Sequence record: NC_041974.1
DNA length: 64,000 bases
Strand: one strand, 5' to 3'
This document shows, piece by piece, positions 1 to 9,903 of the stretch; the first letter of the stretch is position 1; each line of letters starts with the position of its first letter. Below the pieces are notes generated by a model, which had not been told where the DNA came from, ran no database searches, and saw nothing but the letters and a program-made list of their open reading frames with translations. The position numbers were made by a program, and so were the translations under genes.

Positions 1-2
1 TG

Positions 3-224
3 CCCGTCACCACCCTTGATCCGGTGTTCAACGATTTATTGATTACCGGTACTGAGCGGGAAGATGTTGAGGAAGGGGTCTTTGTGTCGTTTTATTTGGG
101 TGAACAGCGTAATGATGTGGTTAGGCATTTTATACCCGACCGGTCGTTACAGGCCTTTATCACCCAAACGCGTGCCTTCAGTGCTTACCTGCGACAGGCT
201 GCGAATACAAAACCACCACAATGA
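3..224 (+). CDS. Hypothetical protein, 3' part (frame open to the window start)
   Basis: Frame of ORF 24..224 has no stop back to position 3; next gene starts at 233. Confidence 0.6.
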   Translation, partial: PVTTLDPVFNDLLITGTEREDVEEGVFVSFYLGEQRNDVVRHFIPDRSLQAFITQTRAFSAYLRQAANTKPPQ

Positions 225-232
225 GGTGACAC

Positions 233-763
233 ATGACCAATTATGGTTTTCTGCTGAACACAGTACTTCTGGCTTTTCTTATTTGGTTTGGTTACCGACT
301 GCACACGTTGGTAAACAACAGCGAGAAAGCCACCCTCGCCGCTGATCATAACGCCAAGCTGCGCTTCCTGACCTATGCGGCCCGGCAGATAATGAGTGAC
401 TTGTATACGTCGCTCAATCTTCCGACGCTCACCGGGTGTGCGAAGATGTATCTACGCGATGACGGCAAGCTTGATAATATTGAAGTCATTATGCGACTCT
501 TCATGAAAACCCATAATGAGATTATTACCAAGCTCTCCGAGGGATTGGTGTCAGACCATTTGAAGATCACCGATGTTAAAGTTACCCATGATCTGGTGAC
601 CAACGAAGTGCTCATCACACTCTTGTATCCGAATAAAGTCACTGACATCCTGGTCTTCCATCATAACCACCTGGCGCAGGCGATCTACCAGCTGGATCGA
701 TTGCAGCATCGGCTCTCAACGTTCCACAAAGCGGTGCCGAACCGCGACCTGTACCAACTCTAA
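233..763 (+). CDS. Hypothetical protein with N-terminal transmembrane anchor
   Basis: GAGG RBS; hydrophobic FLLNTVLLAFLIWFGY; followed by terminator hairpin. Confidence 0.8.
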   Translation: MTNYGFLLNTVLLAFLIWFGYRLHTLVNNSEKATLAADHNAKLRFLTYAARQIMSDLYTSLNLPTLTGCAKMYLRDDGKLDNIEVIMRLFMKTHNEIITKLSEGLVSDHLKITDVKVTHDLVTNEVLITLLYPNKVTDILVFHHNHLAQAIYQLDRLQHRLSTFHKAVPNRDLYQL

Positions 764-766
764 ACC

Positions 767-795
767 AAGGGAGGGCTTCGGCTCTCCCTTATGCC
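767..795 (+). terminator. Hairpin followed by TTATGCC motif
   Basis: AAGGGAGGGC-TTCG-GCTCTCCCTT then ATGCC; T-rich tract about 10 nt later. Confidence 0.8.
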
Positions 796-883
796 ACCCG
801 TTCTTCTTTTTTGGTTATTACTATGAATTGCAAGATTCACCACGTAGTTCGTTTCACTTATTAACCCCTAAAGAGGAATAGTC

Positions 884-2806
884 ATGACAGATAGCACTAC
901 AGCGCAGAGCCCGACCGTGACGTTAGACCAAGTCATCGCGTCAGGCGGCCAGATTGTCTTCCTGGACAATGGGCAACTGAAAAGCTTTCCTGTCTCTCAG
1001 ATCACTGACTTACTGAAAAGCGGCATGTCTACTGATGTGTTGGGTCAGGCTGATTCTCTGAGTATGTTTGGTCAGGTGGAGTCGTTCGAGGCTCTACGTA
1101 AGCTTAAGCCACAGAAAGAAGGTGCACGCATCTCTCTTCGTGGTTGGAACAAAGGCAGTTGTCTGGGTGGTGGTGAGTTCATTGGTCATCTCGTAACCAA
1201 AGAGCTTAAAGCCCGTCCAGACGATGGCGGCATGATTGCAGCCGGTAGCGGGTTCTTCTGGGAACGTGTGTGCTCAGATTGCGGGCAAATGAATGTCACT
1301 CACTTCGGTGCGCTTCCTGGCGCAACTGCAGCGACTGATTGCGTGCCAGCAATGACCGCCATGCTGAACTGGAGTAATGCCAACGCTGTTGGTTTAGGAA
1401 TTCAATTCCCAGCCGGTACTTTCTTCGCTTCCAGTTTAAAGTTCACCAAAGAGATCGGGTATTTCCGTATCGCCGGTAACCACATCAACTTTGGTTATTT
1501 TGCTAACACGGTATTGGTGAGTGACGCTACTGAAAACTTTATGTTGGATGTTGCGGCCCGTCGGGTTGAGTTGGCAAACATCATCTTCCGCGGTGTGAGT
1601 ACTACTGAGAAGCCGAATAAGAAAGGGATCTTTAATAACATCGTCATTGGTGGTCAGTACTTCAACATGACCTGTGTGCGGTTTGAGAAAATCGGCGGGA
1701 CCTGTGTTAATCTGATCGATACTCTCGATACCAAGATGACACAATGGTACGCGTCACAATGTACTGGTGATGTGATCGTTAACAAATGGTCCGATCGTCA
1801 GGCAGGTGGCTGGAACCATACCACTGCTGTTGAAATGACCAACTTTAACATCCAGAAGTGTGTTGGTGGTAAAGTGTTTGACATGCAGCGCTGCGCTCAG
1901 TCGTTTATCACTAATGGCTGGATCGAGCACTGTGATGATCCAGGCGACCTGTCTAATGGTCAATGGACGGTAAATGGCCTGAGTATCGAAGATTGTAAGA
2001 AACCATTAAAGGCCTCTTACGCTCGCTTTATTGAGATCCAGCGTAACCTGCAGTCCGGGTCACGGATCGACTACTCCATTGACCCAGAGCTCGAAGAGTG
2101 GCTGAGTGAATGGGAACGCGGTCGTCTGGATATCGCCAACCACGGCATCTTCATCGACGGTACCTTAGAGCCGGGTACGATCATGTCTCGCAACAAGCTG
2201 AGCAACAGCAGCGACAAAGCGAAATGGTTCCGGGTCGGTACCTGGTACAGCCCATCTGAAGGCGATTCCATTGACATCAACTTGGTCGGCACCGGTAACT
2301 TCCTGTCGGTCGCACCAAAGCTTGATGATATCGATGGTGTGCGTCAAGGTGGCGGTAACACCCTGATCCGTGTGCAGTTGAAGAAAGACTCCGTAGGTGC
2401 GACCTTAGAACCACATGGTTCAAGCCCCCTGCAAGCGGCGAAGATTGCCAAAGTCGGTGCCGGTAAGTTTGTGATCTACGCCCAGCTGAAACCGTATACC
2501 CGTAATGTGATCCCGGTGATTGTTGCAACCGGCGCCACGCACTACGAAGCCGGTGTCTCTTATTACTTCCGTCCGGCGATTGCCTCGATGAGTGATGAAG
2601 AGATCGCAGCAGTGCCGGATGCGGTGGTGATTGCTGAACAGTGGTCGCTCGGTCAAATGGCCGGTGTGGGTGCCACTAACGAAGGTAACCTGATGCTGAA
2701 GAGTAAGATCGTTAACGATCACTTGCAGGTACAGGTCATGGTTAGCCAAGCACAATGGGCGAAACCAGAACTTCGTTATATCGAGCTGAAGAAAGAAGCC
2801 AAGTAA
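884..2806 (+). CDS. Tailspike-fold (beta-helix) protein, AmsF/WceF-like, putative exopolysaccharide depolymerase or receptor-binding protein
   Basis: GQVESFEALRKLKP..GGGEF..DDGG..WER head motif; NVTHFGA..DCVPA..FPAGTF pectate-lyase-3-like entry; C/Q/T-rich parallel beta-helix pattern; AGAGG RBS. Confidence 0.65.
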   Translation: MTDSTTAQSPTVTLDQVIASGGQIVFLDNGQLKSFPVSQITDLLKSGMSTDVLGQADSLSMFGQVESFEALRKLKPQKEGARISLRGWNKGSCLGGGEFIGHLVTKELKARPDDGGMIAAGSGFFWERVCSDCGQMNVTHFGALPGATAATDCVPAMTAMLNWSNANAVGLGIQFPAGTFFASSLKFTKEIGYFRIAGNHINFGYFANTVLVSDATENFMLDVAARRVELANIIFRGVSTTEKPNKKGIFNNIVIGGQYFNMTCVRFEKIGGTCVNLIDTLDTKMTQWYASQCTGDVIVNKWSDRQAGGWNHTTAVEMTNFNIQKCVGGKVFDMQRCAQSFITNGWIEHCDDPGDLSNGQWTVNGLSIEDCKKPLKASYARFIEIQRNLQSGSRIDYSIDPELEEWLSEWERGRLDIANHGIFIDGTLEPGTIMSRNKLSNSSDKAKWFRVGTWYSPSEGDSIDINLVGTGNFLSVAPKLDDIDGVRQGGGNTLIRVQLKKDSVGATLEPHGSSPLQAAKIAKVGAGKFVIYAQLKPYTRNVIPVIVATGATHYEAGVSYYFRPAIASMSDEEIAAVPDAVVIAEQWSLGQMAGVGATNEGNLMLKSKIVNDHLQVQVMVSQAQWAKPELRYIELKKEAK

Positions 2807-2831
2807 GGCAAGCGCGTTATACCGCTAACTG

Positions 2832-2860
2832 GAGGAGGGGATTCCCCTCCTCTTTATGCC
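2832..2860 (+). terminator. Hairpin followed by TTTATGCC
   Basis: GAGGAGGGG-ATT-CCCCTCCTC-TTTATGCC. Confidence 0.8.
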
Positions 2861-2878
2861 GCCCTAGATTTTACCAGA

Positions 2879-2897
2879 CCTATATTACCCTTGTGAT
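2879..2897 (+). promoter_or_regulatory. Putative phage early promoter
   Basis: CCTATATTAC-cctt-GTGAT; one of 9 intergenic copies; contains the TATATTAC early consensus reported for phiKZ. Confidence 0.7.
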
Positions 2898-2980
2898 CTC
2901 TGTAGAAATAAACGGAATCACCCAGTCTTATAACCCGCTGACCAAACCGAGTGTCGGCTAAACAAAGAAGAGGAAATACC

Positions 2981-3682
2981 ATGACTACCCGTAAGATTGC
3001 TCGCTTAGACAAACTCGCTAAATTTGTAAACGACAATTTTGATCGTGATTACAACCTGCCATTTGCGATCGAGATCGAACAGCATGAAGATAAGTGGCAC
3101 GGTGTTCGATACAGCCTCAACCTGACTCAGCCAGAGTGTGACGGTAGTCCTGTAAAAACGTTATTCCGTTCGAAGATGTTACCGGCTGAATTCGTTGGTG
3201 ATCGATTTACACGGCTAGAAGGCAGTGTGGCCGGAATGGCATCTGGGATTGAACTCCTGGGACAAGTTGCCTGGTACTGGATGTTATCAGGGGTAAACGG
3301 CAGTGATCGCGAATTGGGTGTGCAGGTAGCGTCGATGGCCTGGGATGCCTGGACACTGGCAACCGCCATATTTGATGGCTCTAAAGCCCGTGATCTCTTC
3401 GAGCGTGACGATTTCCTTTGCCCTGGCGTAACACTGAATCAGCACGTCCTGTGCGAAAAGTTTGTCAGCATTGACCGCGAAGTATGGCTAAAGCGTCGCA
3501 CTAAACTGCTCGATAATGCGGTGGTTATTGAAAGTCGTTGGACCTTCGTAAAACAATATATCGGGGCAGGCGGTCTGGGTCATGAAGAGAAACACACTGT
3601 CGCCGAGGTCACCAAACGCAGGCAAGTACCCGCGCCTTTTGAAATTATCTTTAAGGCCAAATCGTCTCCTTTTAATCCATGA
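2981..3682 (+). CDS. Hypothetical protein
   Basis: AGAGGA RBS before ATG 2981; first gene after promoter motif. Confidence 0.8.
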   Translation: MTTRKIARLDKLAKFVNDNFDRDYNLPFAIEIEQHEDKWHGVRYSLNLTQPECDGSPVKTLFRSKMLPAEFVGDRFTRLEGSVAGMASGIELLGQVAWYWMLSGVNGSDRELGVQVASMAWDAWTLATAIFDGSKARDLFERDDFLCPGVTLNQHVLCEKFVSIDREVWLKRRTKLLDNAVVIESRWTFVKQYIGAGGLGHEEKHTVAEVTKRRQVPAPFEIIFKAKSSPFNP

Positions 3683-3686
3683 GAAT

Positions 3687-3709
3687 GAGGAGGGGGTTTC
3701 GACCTCCTC
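3687..3709 (+). terminator. Terminator-like hairpin
   Basis: GAGGAGG-loop-CCTCCTC directly after stop. Confidence 0.55.
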
Positions 3710-3744
3710 CAATATTGCTATTTTAAGTTGCAGAAAATCTAACG

Positions 3745-3763
3745 CCTACATTACTAATGGGAT
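3745..3763 (+). promoter_or_regulatory. Putative phage early promoter
   Basis: CCTACATTAC-taat-GGGAT. Confidence 0.65.
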
Positions 3764-3799
3764 AGGCCTGATCAACAATTCTAATTAAGGGAATTTGTA

Positions 3800-4270
3800 A
3801 TGAGTGAAATCACGTTTAAAGACGCGCGGTATTACGACCTGATTACCAAAGAACAATTGCAACCTGGACACACCATCCTGCTGAGCCTCAAAGGTCAACC
3901 AGCGGGTGTCATGACCCCAGCAGTACAGTGGGCTAAAGACAACCTGGAAAACACGGTCGTGGTGTACGGCACGGTTGACGATCTGCAATCAATCCATAAA
4001 GAGATCAGTACTTGCGATCAACCGGTAGCTGTGGTCCTTACCGGCGGCTACCACGCAACGTATGAACTTACTCACTGGGCACGGGAAAACAACGTAGTGG
4101 TGTTCCTGGCTTCAGATACCAATGCACCGCGTCCACGTTATGCGGTACTGCTCGGTACCTGTCTGATCCAGCTGACTTATGACCAGACTGGTCGAGTGAG
4201 TTCTGCTACCGCCATTCGTAATCAAGCAACCGCATCAGGCTGGGTGATCGACTTCACCGCTGACGCATAA
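3800..4270 (+). CDS. Hypothetical protein (alpha/beta pattern)
   Basis: AAGGG RBS; 156 aa ORF. Confidence 0.75.
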   Translation: MSEITFKDARYYDLITKEQLQPGHTILLSLKGQPAGVMTPAVQWAKDNLENTVVVYGTVDDLQSIHKEISTCDQPVAVVLTGGYHATYELTHWARENNVVVFLASDTNAPRPRYAVLLGTCLIQLTYDQTGRVSSATAIRNQATASGWVIDFTADA

Positions 4271-4309
4271 TCCTTTATTCATCCAATTAATTTAACCTGA
4301 GGTAATATC

Positions 4310-4915
4310 ATGCAACTTCATCAATACGTCGCCCTCTTACTCGGTGTGGGTTTAATCACGATCATTCTCGTTATGCTGGTCGGTTGGCTCGTGCTTGAAA
4401 ACCAACGCAAATACGCCGCATTCCAACGGGTGCGTTACGAAAACATGCTGCGCTATCGCCTGACTGATTTCAGCAACCAGGTGACGGCAGATCTCTCAGC
4501 CATGTTCCTGCGCTATTTACTCTCCCCGCGGGTTGGTGGTACTGAGCGGGTGAGTGTAGAGGCAATAGCCGGTACCGTCCAGGGTATGCTGCAAGCGATC
4601 GCTGCTCACCACAACCATGAGTTTAAAAGCTCAGAGGTCGGTGATACGTTACTGGGTCTGTTGATTAAAGAGGTCTCTTATGAAACACAGAGCGACCGCA
4701 TCATCTTTACCTTGACACGTCCAGGTGCCACGAACCTCACTTATACCCTGACACACCCCGAAGCGTACGGTTCGATGCTCTGCTGTGAGCTGGAAGACTA
4801 TCGCATGCGTCTGCGTGACCGCGCAACCCTGCAGATCAAGCGTGAGTTCGATCAGGTACCGCAAACGTATAAAGCCGCCTTCCCTAACTCGGAGCGGATT
4901 AACACAACCGCGTAA
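4310..4915 (+). CDS. Hypothetical protein with N-terminal transmembrane anchor
   Basis: GAGG RBS; YVALLLGVGLITIILVMLVGWLVL. Confidence 0.8.
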   Translation: MQLHQYVALLLGVGLITIILVMLVGWLVLENQRKYAAFQRVRYENMLRYRLTDFSNQVTADLSAMFLRYLLSPRVGGTERVSVEAIAGTVQGMLQAIAAHHNHEFKSSEVGDTLLGLLIKEVSYETQSDRIIFTLTRPGATNLTYTLTHPEAYGSMLCCELEDYRMRLRDRATLQIKREFDQVPQTYKAAFPNSERINTTA

Positions 4916-4920
4916 TAAAT

Positions 4921-4947
4921 GGGAGGCCTTGCCTCCCTTTATTTTTT
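4921..4947 (+). terminator. Intrinsic terminator
   Basis: GGGAGGC-CTT-GCCTCCC plus T tract. Confidence 0.75.
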
Positions 4948-5014
4948 GTCATTGTAGTAAATGTGTACAACTTAACTAAATCATTTAGTAAACGTAAAAA
5001 GGAAAGTCAGCATC

Positions 5015-5311
5015 ATGTCAAACGAAGCCATTCTGAAAGCCCTGGAAACCATTGCCACCACATACCCAAAAGTTGAGGTGGTGTCGATTGGTGGGATTAT
5101 CGCCTGCTTCGGCACGATGAAAGATGGGAAGGTAGAAACCACGGTGTTTGGTAATCTGCCCGAGTTCACTGTCGCCAATGTGAAGAAGCTTTACAACGCG
5201 AAGTGGTCACAACGTCAATTGGGTTATATGTACGGTACATCACAGGCCCAGATCGCTAACTTCATGAAGAACCGTGAGGTTAACGTTCCCAATACGGTAA
5301 AAGGTTATTAG
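5015..5311 (+). CDS. Small protein with probable C-terminal helix-turn-helix
   Basis: WSQRQLGYMYGTSQAQIANFM resembles an HTH. Confidence 0.6.
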   Translation: MSNEAILKALETIATTYPKVEVVSIGGIIACFGTMKDGKVETTVFGNLPEFTVANVKKLYNAKWSQRQLGYMYGTSQAQIANFMKNREVNVPNTVKGY

Positions 5312-5312
5312 C

Positions 5313-5603
5313 ATGAAATGGTACGAACGACTGGTCGAGAGCACGGTGCTGCGGTTTATGGCAACCTTCCTCTTAGCCTGCTTGTGGTCCCTGCTCCTTT
5401 TAAGCCAATGCTCGTTAGCGCTCGATCTCACCTTAAGCGTGATCTCTCTGGTGATCGTGTATAACCTGCGGGATTTCTTAAAGGACCTGCACCACGGTGT
5501 TTCAACCCGTCATGACTTCGCAGGCTGGTTTGTGCTGAACGCTGCTGGTATGGCATTGCTCTCGGCAATCATTAACGCCCTGTTCATCTTACATAGACTC
5601 TAG
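5313..5603 (+). CDS. Small multi-pass membrane protein
   Basis: Three hydrophobic segments; WFVLNAAG motif. Confidence 0.75.
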   Translation: MKWYERLVESTVLRFMATFLLACLWSLLLLSQCSLALDLTLSVISLVIVYNLRDFLKDLHHGVSTRHDFAGWFVLNAAGMALLSAIINALFILHRL

Positions 5604-5611
5604 GAGCTCTC

Positions 5612-6193
5612 ATGTCAAAGAAACTCGATACCCGTAAAAGTATGTTCCTGGCCTTGGTGTTACGCCACCGTCCTGAGGAGATCGGAATTACCCTGGATGA
5701 GAACGGCTGGGCTAAAGTCAGCGAAGTGATCACCGGGTTTACCTTTACCGGGCGTGGGCTCTCATTACCTGAGCTTGAGATCATCGTTGAGACGGATGAG
5801 AAGAAGCGTTACCAGCTCTCTGACGATAAGTGCTATATCCGCGCTGTGCAGGGGCATTCTCACGAAAGCGTGATGAACATGCAGCTGGAAGTGGCGACAC
5901 CGCCAAAGTACTTGTATCACGGCACCCAACAGATCTCCTGTGAGTCGATCGAGCGACAAGGGATCTTGCGCCTTAAACGTTTATATGTCCACCTAACGGA
6001 TGACATCGAAGCGGCTTGGCGCGCAGCAACTCGTAAACGAACAGCCGGTGCAGTCTACCGAATCGACACCGAGAAGATGACGCGGATGGGCCATGTGTTC
6101 TATCGCGCTGAGAACGGGGTTTGGCTGGCGAAGCGCATTCCTTTCTCAGTCATTGAGATGGTTGATGCACATGACGAAGAAACAAGTACCTGA
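5612..6193 (+). CDS. kptA: RNA 2'-phosphotransferase, KptA/Tpt1 family
   Basis: VLRHRP, KKRY, IRAVQGHS, LYHGT and RLYVHL motifs; Arg-His-Arg-Arg catalytic set present. Confidence 0.93.
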   Translation: MSKKLDTRKSMFLALVLRHRPEEIGITLDENGWAKVSEVITGFTFTGRGLSLPELEIIVETDEKKRYQLSDDKCYIRAVQGHSHESVMNMQLEVATPPKYLYHGTQQISCESIERQGILRLKRLYVHLTDDIEAAWRAATRKRTAGAVYRIDTEKMTRMGHVFYRAENGVWLAKRIPFSVIEMVDAHDEETST

Positions 6194-6455
6194 GTGGTGG
6201 CACGTCCCCATGTTACCCATTGGGTTCATGATGATTTGGGTAGGATATGTAATAGGTGGGCAGTTCCTCAGTTTCTGGGGGTGTATCTGTGTCACGTTGA
6301 TTTGTGGTGGGGTTTCGTACCAGCACTGCATGCGCTCAACCAAGTATCGCAAAAATTCCGTAAGCTGGTTTATCTGTTGGAATGCTTACGGTATCATCGC
6401 GTGTTTGGGTATTGGGTTTATGGTAGCGGCAATTTATCTAGGCGGAGTCAAATAA
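6171..6455 (+). CDS. Small multi-pass membrane protein
   Basis: Three hydrophobic segments; WFICWNAYG motif; start reassigned to ATG 6171. Confidence 0.65.
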   Translation: MTKKQVPEWWHVPMLPIGFMMIWVGYVIGGQFLSFWGCICVTLICGGVSYQHCMRSTKYRKNSVSWFICWNAYGIIACLGIGFMVAAIYLGGVK

Positions 6456-6728
6456 GTGAAAAGTAAAACAGGCAGTAAGTTAACACGCACGTTGTTGTTT
6501 TGTTTTGGTGCTTACATCACGGGGATGTTTGCCTTGATGATGATCCTGTCATCACAAAGCACTGCAGGCATCACTGCAGGGAACTATGACAAAATGAGCG
6601 TGGATGACTCGCCTGAGTTTATTTTAACAGATCGCAGTAATGGATGTAGATACGTCTATGACTCGGTTACCAAAACAGCCCACACTGCAACAGGCTTCGA
6701 TTACTGCCTGTCGCTAAGGAAAGAATAA
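6456..6728 (+). CDS. Signal-anchored small protein
   Basis: GGAG RBS; N-terminal hydrophobic helix; LTDRSNGCRY and a second Cys near the C-terminus. Confidence 0.7.
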   Translation: MKSKTGSKLTRTLLFCFGAYITGMFALMMILSSQSTAGITAGNYDKMSVDDSPEFILTDRSNGCRYVYDSVTKTAHTATGFDYCLSLRKE

Positions 6729-6800
6729 TGGTTCGTGCTTATCGACACTCTGAGCTGCTACGATGGCCGCATCCCGCGGCCTGCACCCGGAGTTCGTTCT

Positions 6801-7028
6801 ATGTCTATTGCAGTCAACCGTCATCACGCTAAACGTTTAAAGGCCAAACGTAAACATTACTGGAACGTCGGCGGGAAACGCCAGAACAACAAGGCGGTGG
6901 GAATTATCTTCCATACCCCGTGCAAATGCAGCTGCACTATGTGCGGTAACCAACGCAAGCATTGGGGTCGCCCGATCCAGGAAGTGAAACAAGCGGCCCG
7001 TTTTAGTGATACGGTCACTGACATTTAA
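6801..7028 (+). CDS. Small basic Cys-rich protein, possibly Zn-binding
   Basis: GGAG RBS before ATG 6801; CKCSCTMCGNQRK. Confidence 0.65.
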   Translation: MSIAVNRHHAKRLKAKRKHYWNVGGKRQNNKAVGIIFHTPCKCSCTMCGNQRKHWGRPIQEVKQAARFSDTVTDI

Positions 7029-7076
7029 CCATGCAAGGGGGGTTGTTGGCTCCCCTTCTTTATTTGAGGAATCCGC

Positions 7077-7442
7077 ATGAAACGCGGCTACCCATCAGGC
7101 CAACCGATTGAAGTCGAAGTCGGTGGAGTCATGTACCAATTTAACCCCCTTGAAAACATGCTGGCTGATCTGCGTGCCAATAAGTTGATCATCGTGTGTT
7201 GTAGTAATAAGAAGCGCGCCATTACCGATATCTGGATGTGCGATGCCGAGATCGACTACTCGACGCAGTCACGCATGGAACACATCCTGGTCAGTGATCG
7301 TTGCAAGCAGTTCACCAAAGACTACGCCTTAACGCGAGTAGTGGATGTTGATAGCCGGTCATTGACGATAGCCGGTCCAGATAAAAAGATGCTGTCGATG
7401 GTGATTATGGGGGATACCCTCTACGCCGTTAAGCCAAGTTAA
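7077..7442 (+). CDS. Hypothetical protein
   Basis: GAGGA RBS; 121 aa. Confidence 0.75.
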   Translation: MKRGYPSGQPIEVEVGGVMYQFNPLENMLADLRANKLIIVCCSNKKRAITDIWMCDAEIDYSTQSRMEHILVSDRCKQFTKDYALTRVVDVDSRSLTIAGPDKKMLSMVIMGDTLYAVKPS

Positions 7443-7465
7443 CAGAACAGCGGTTGGGTGCCTCT

Positions 7466-7567
7466 ATGAACAATGTTTGGCTTTTAGTAATGGCCCTTAT
7501 TTATACAGCAGGGCTTATTGCCGCATGTGTGGTTGCACGCATGGCAGTCTTTCATCATGTGATCTAA
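7466..7567 (+). CDS. Small membrane peptide, 33 aa (not in ORF track)
   Basis: MNNVWLLVMALIYTAGLIAACVVARMAVFHHVI fills the gap between flanking genes. Confidence 0.5.
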   Translation: MNNVWLLVMALIYTAGLIAACVVARMAVFHHVI

Positions 7568-7576
7568 AGGGCAATT

Positions 7577-7855
7577 ATGAGTAAAGGTACTTTGAAAGGC
7601 CTTGGTGTGGTGTTGGCGTGTCTTGTGATTGGCGTATTGCTGTTTGTTTTTGCAACCGCTGTTCAAGCTGCCGATACACCCGTTAACCCCCACTGTGTTG
7701 CCATTACTAACGACAGTACAATTACCACCCAGTGTGACGACGGTACCGTGGTCATTACCAACACCGCAACCTCGACGGTGATGGTGTGTCATGTAAGTAA
7801 AGAAACAAAAGGTCTTCCGCAATGCGTGAAAGACCGGGTTGTCATTTCTAATTAA
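7577..7855 (+). CDS. Predicted secreted Cys-containing small protein
   Basis: Signal peptide ending AVQA; four Cys in the mature part. Confidence 0.7.
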   Translation: MSKGTLKGLGVVLACLVIGVLLFVFATAVQAADTPVNPHCVAITNDSTITTQCDDGTVVITNTATSTVMVCHVSKETKGLPQCVKDRVVISN

Positions 7856-7878
7856 CGTTATTCTTCGGAGCTACACAC

Positions 7879-9012
7879 ATGCAGTACAGTACCTTTAATA
7901 CCACTAAAAACGATCAGATGGCTGAACCGATGTTCCTGGGTCAGTCGGTTAACGTCTCACGTTATGATCAGCAGAAGTACCCCGCGTTCGAAAAGCTGAT
8001 TGAGAAACAACTTTCATTCTTCTGGCGCCCTGAAGAGGTGGATGTTTCGCAAGACCGTATCGACTTCCAGGGGTTACCGGATCATGAGAAACACATCTTC
8101 GTGTCTAACCTGAAATACCAAACCCTGCTGGACTCGATTCAGGGTCGTAGTCCGAACGTGGCCCTGCTGCCGATCTGTTCTATCCCGGAACTCGAAACCT
8201 GGATTGAAACCTGGGCGTTCTCTGAAACGATCCACTCGCGCTCATACACCCACATCATCCGTAATATCTTTACTGACCCCTCCATCGTGTTTGATGACAT
8301 CGTGACCAACGAACACATCAAAGCGCGTGCTGAGTCCGTCACGGAGTATTACGACCAGCTGATCGAAATGACCATGTACCTCAACTTACTGGGTGAGGGT
8401 AGCCATGTAATCAATGGTAAGAAAGTCGTGGTGTCGATGCGCGCTATCAAACGTCTGGTCTACCTGTGCATCGTGTCGGTCAACGTGCTGGAAGCCATCC
8501 GCTTCTATGTCTCGTTTGCCTGCTCGTTTGCCTTTGCTGAACGCGAGCTGATGGAAGGTAATGCCAAGATCATTAAACTGATCGCCCGTGATGAAGCCCT
8601 GCATCTGACCGGCACCCAGCACATGATCATGTTGATGAAGTCCGGTGCTGACGATGCTGAGATGGCGGAAATCGTTAAAGAGTGTGAAGCAGAAACATAC
8701 GCACTCTTTAAGGACGCTGCAGAGCAGGAGAAAGACTGGGCGAACTATCTATTCCAGGATGGGTCGATGATCGGTCTGAACAAAGAGATCGTGTGTCAGT
8801 ACATCGAATACATCACCAACATCCGTATTCGCGCCATCGGTTACGATGACATCTACGCCGGTGTCAAAGCTAACCCAATCCCATGGATCAACTCCTGGTT
8901 GGTTTCTGACAACGTGCAAGTCGCTCCACAGGAGTCAGAAATTACCTCCTATTTAGTAGGTCAGATCGATTCAACTGTCGATGCAGATGCGTTTGATAAC
9001 TTCGAACTTTAA
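7879..9012 (+). CDS. nrdB: Ribonucleotide reductase class Ia beta subunit
   Basis: [26 protein letters not shown] (radical Tyr), [16 protein letters not shown] and VQVAPQE; E. coli-like. Confidence 0.98.
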   Translation: MQYSTFNTTKNDQMAEPMFLGQSVNVSRYDQQKYPAFEKLIEKQLSFFWRPEEVDVSQDRIDFQGLPDHEKHIFVSNLKYQTLLDSIQGRSPNVALLPICSIPELETWIETWAFSETIHSRSYTHIIRNIFTDPSIVFDDIVTNEHIKARAESVTEYYDQLIEMTMYLNLLGEGSHVINGKKVVVSMRAIKRLVYLCIVSVNVLEAIRFYVSFACSFAFAERELMEGNAKIIKLIARDEALHLTGTQHMIMLMKSGADDAEMAEIVKECEAETYALFKDAAEQEKDWANYLFQDGSMIGLNKEIVCQYIEYITNIRIRAIGYDDIYAGVKANPIPWINSWLVSDNVQVAPQESEITSYLVGQIDSTVDADAFDNFEL

Positions 9013-9069
9013 TACGTGATCAGCTTCACTCACGTAGAGGGCTGATCGCTAGCCCTTTATGGAGAGTGT

Positions 9070-9903
9070 ATGTCTGTGATAAAAGATAACCCGGATAACT
9101 GGAAAGTGATTCCGGGTTACTCACGTTATGAAATCAATGAAGTCGGCGTTGTAAGAAAGATACATAACAAGAAGGTGATGAAACAATGGCTGCGTGGTAA
9201 TTATACCGCCACTGCTATCACTTCTGATAATAAGTCAACTAGTAGAATAGAATCTATTCATATTTTACTGTGCCTTACATTTATTGGTCCAAAGCCCTTA
9301 CCTGAACCTGGGCACAAACTTGTTACCGCTAACCACAAGGACGGTAACAAACTTAACAATGTGAGGTCTAATGTAGAATGGTTATCCAATTCTGGTAATA
9401 TTCTGCATGCTTACAAGAACCGGCTAAATAAATCATCACAGCACCTGCGTCTAACCAATGTGGTCTCTGGTGAAGTTGTCGACCTACATTCTTACCGCGA
9501 ATTATCCAAATGGATGGGTAATCCTAATCTGCGCGGACGAATGGAGTATCTGAAGTATCGTAACAAGCTTTATCAAGGCCAGTGGCGAATAGAACTTCTT
9601 GGCGAATCAGAGAAGTCTTCAGGGTCTCGTACCAGTAAACAAGTATGCGTAATGGATGTGGCTAAACGACTTGGATTGAGGGAGGGTGAGTTTGATACTT
9701 TCATCTTTAATTCCATGCATGACGCCGCAGCGGCATTAGGCGTAAGTCGCAAAGGTATTGGTCGATCGATCAGTACCAAAGGACGCCATGTTGTAAATGG
9801 GTACGCTATATCGCTATCATTTGACGATATGGCTAATATCACTTATGACAAAGCGTATGTGGAGATTAGTCTTAAATGGGCGAAACTCAGGGGTCAGAAG
9901 TAA
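9070..9903 (+). mobile_element. Free-standing HNH homing endonuclease gene (NUMOD4-HNH-NUMOD1-like)
   Basis: WKVIPGYSRYEINEVG; HILLCLTF..NHKDGNKLNN..NVEW; FNSMHDAAAALGVS; AT-richer than neighbours. Confidence 0.88.

Noticed and set aside
8935-9900. Group I intron in nrdB with the HNH gene inside
   Set aside because: The upstream reading frame already ends in a complete homologous tail with a stop, and there is no non-coding space for a P3-P9 core. Tail replacement explains it better.
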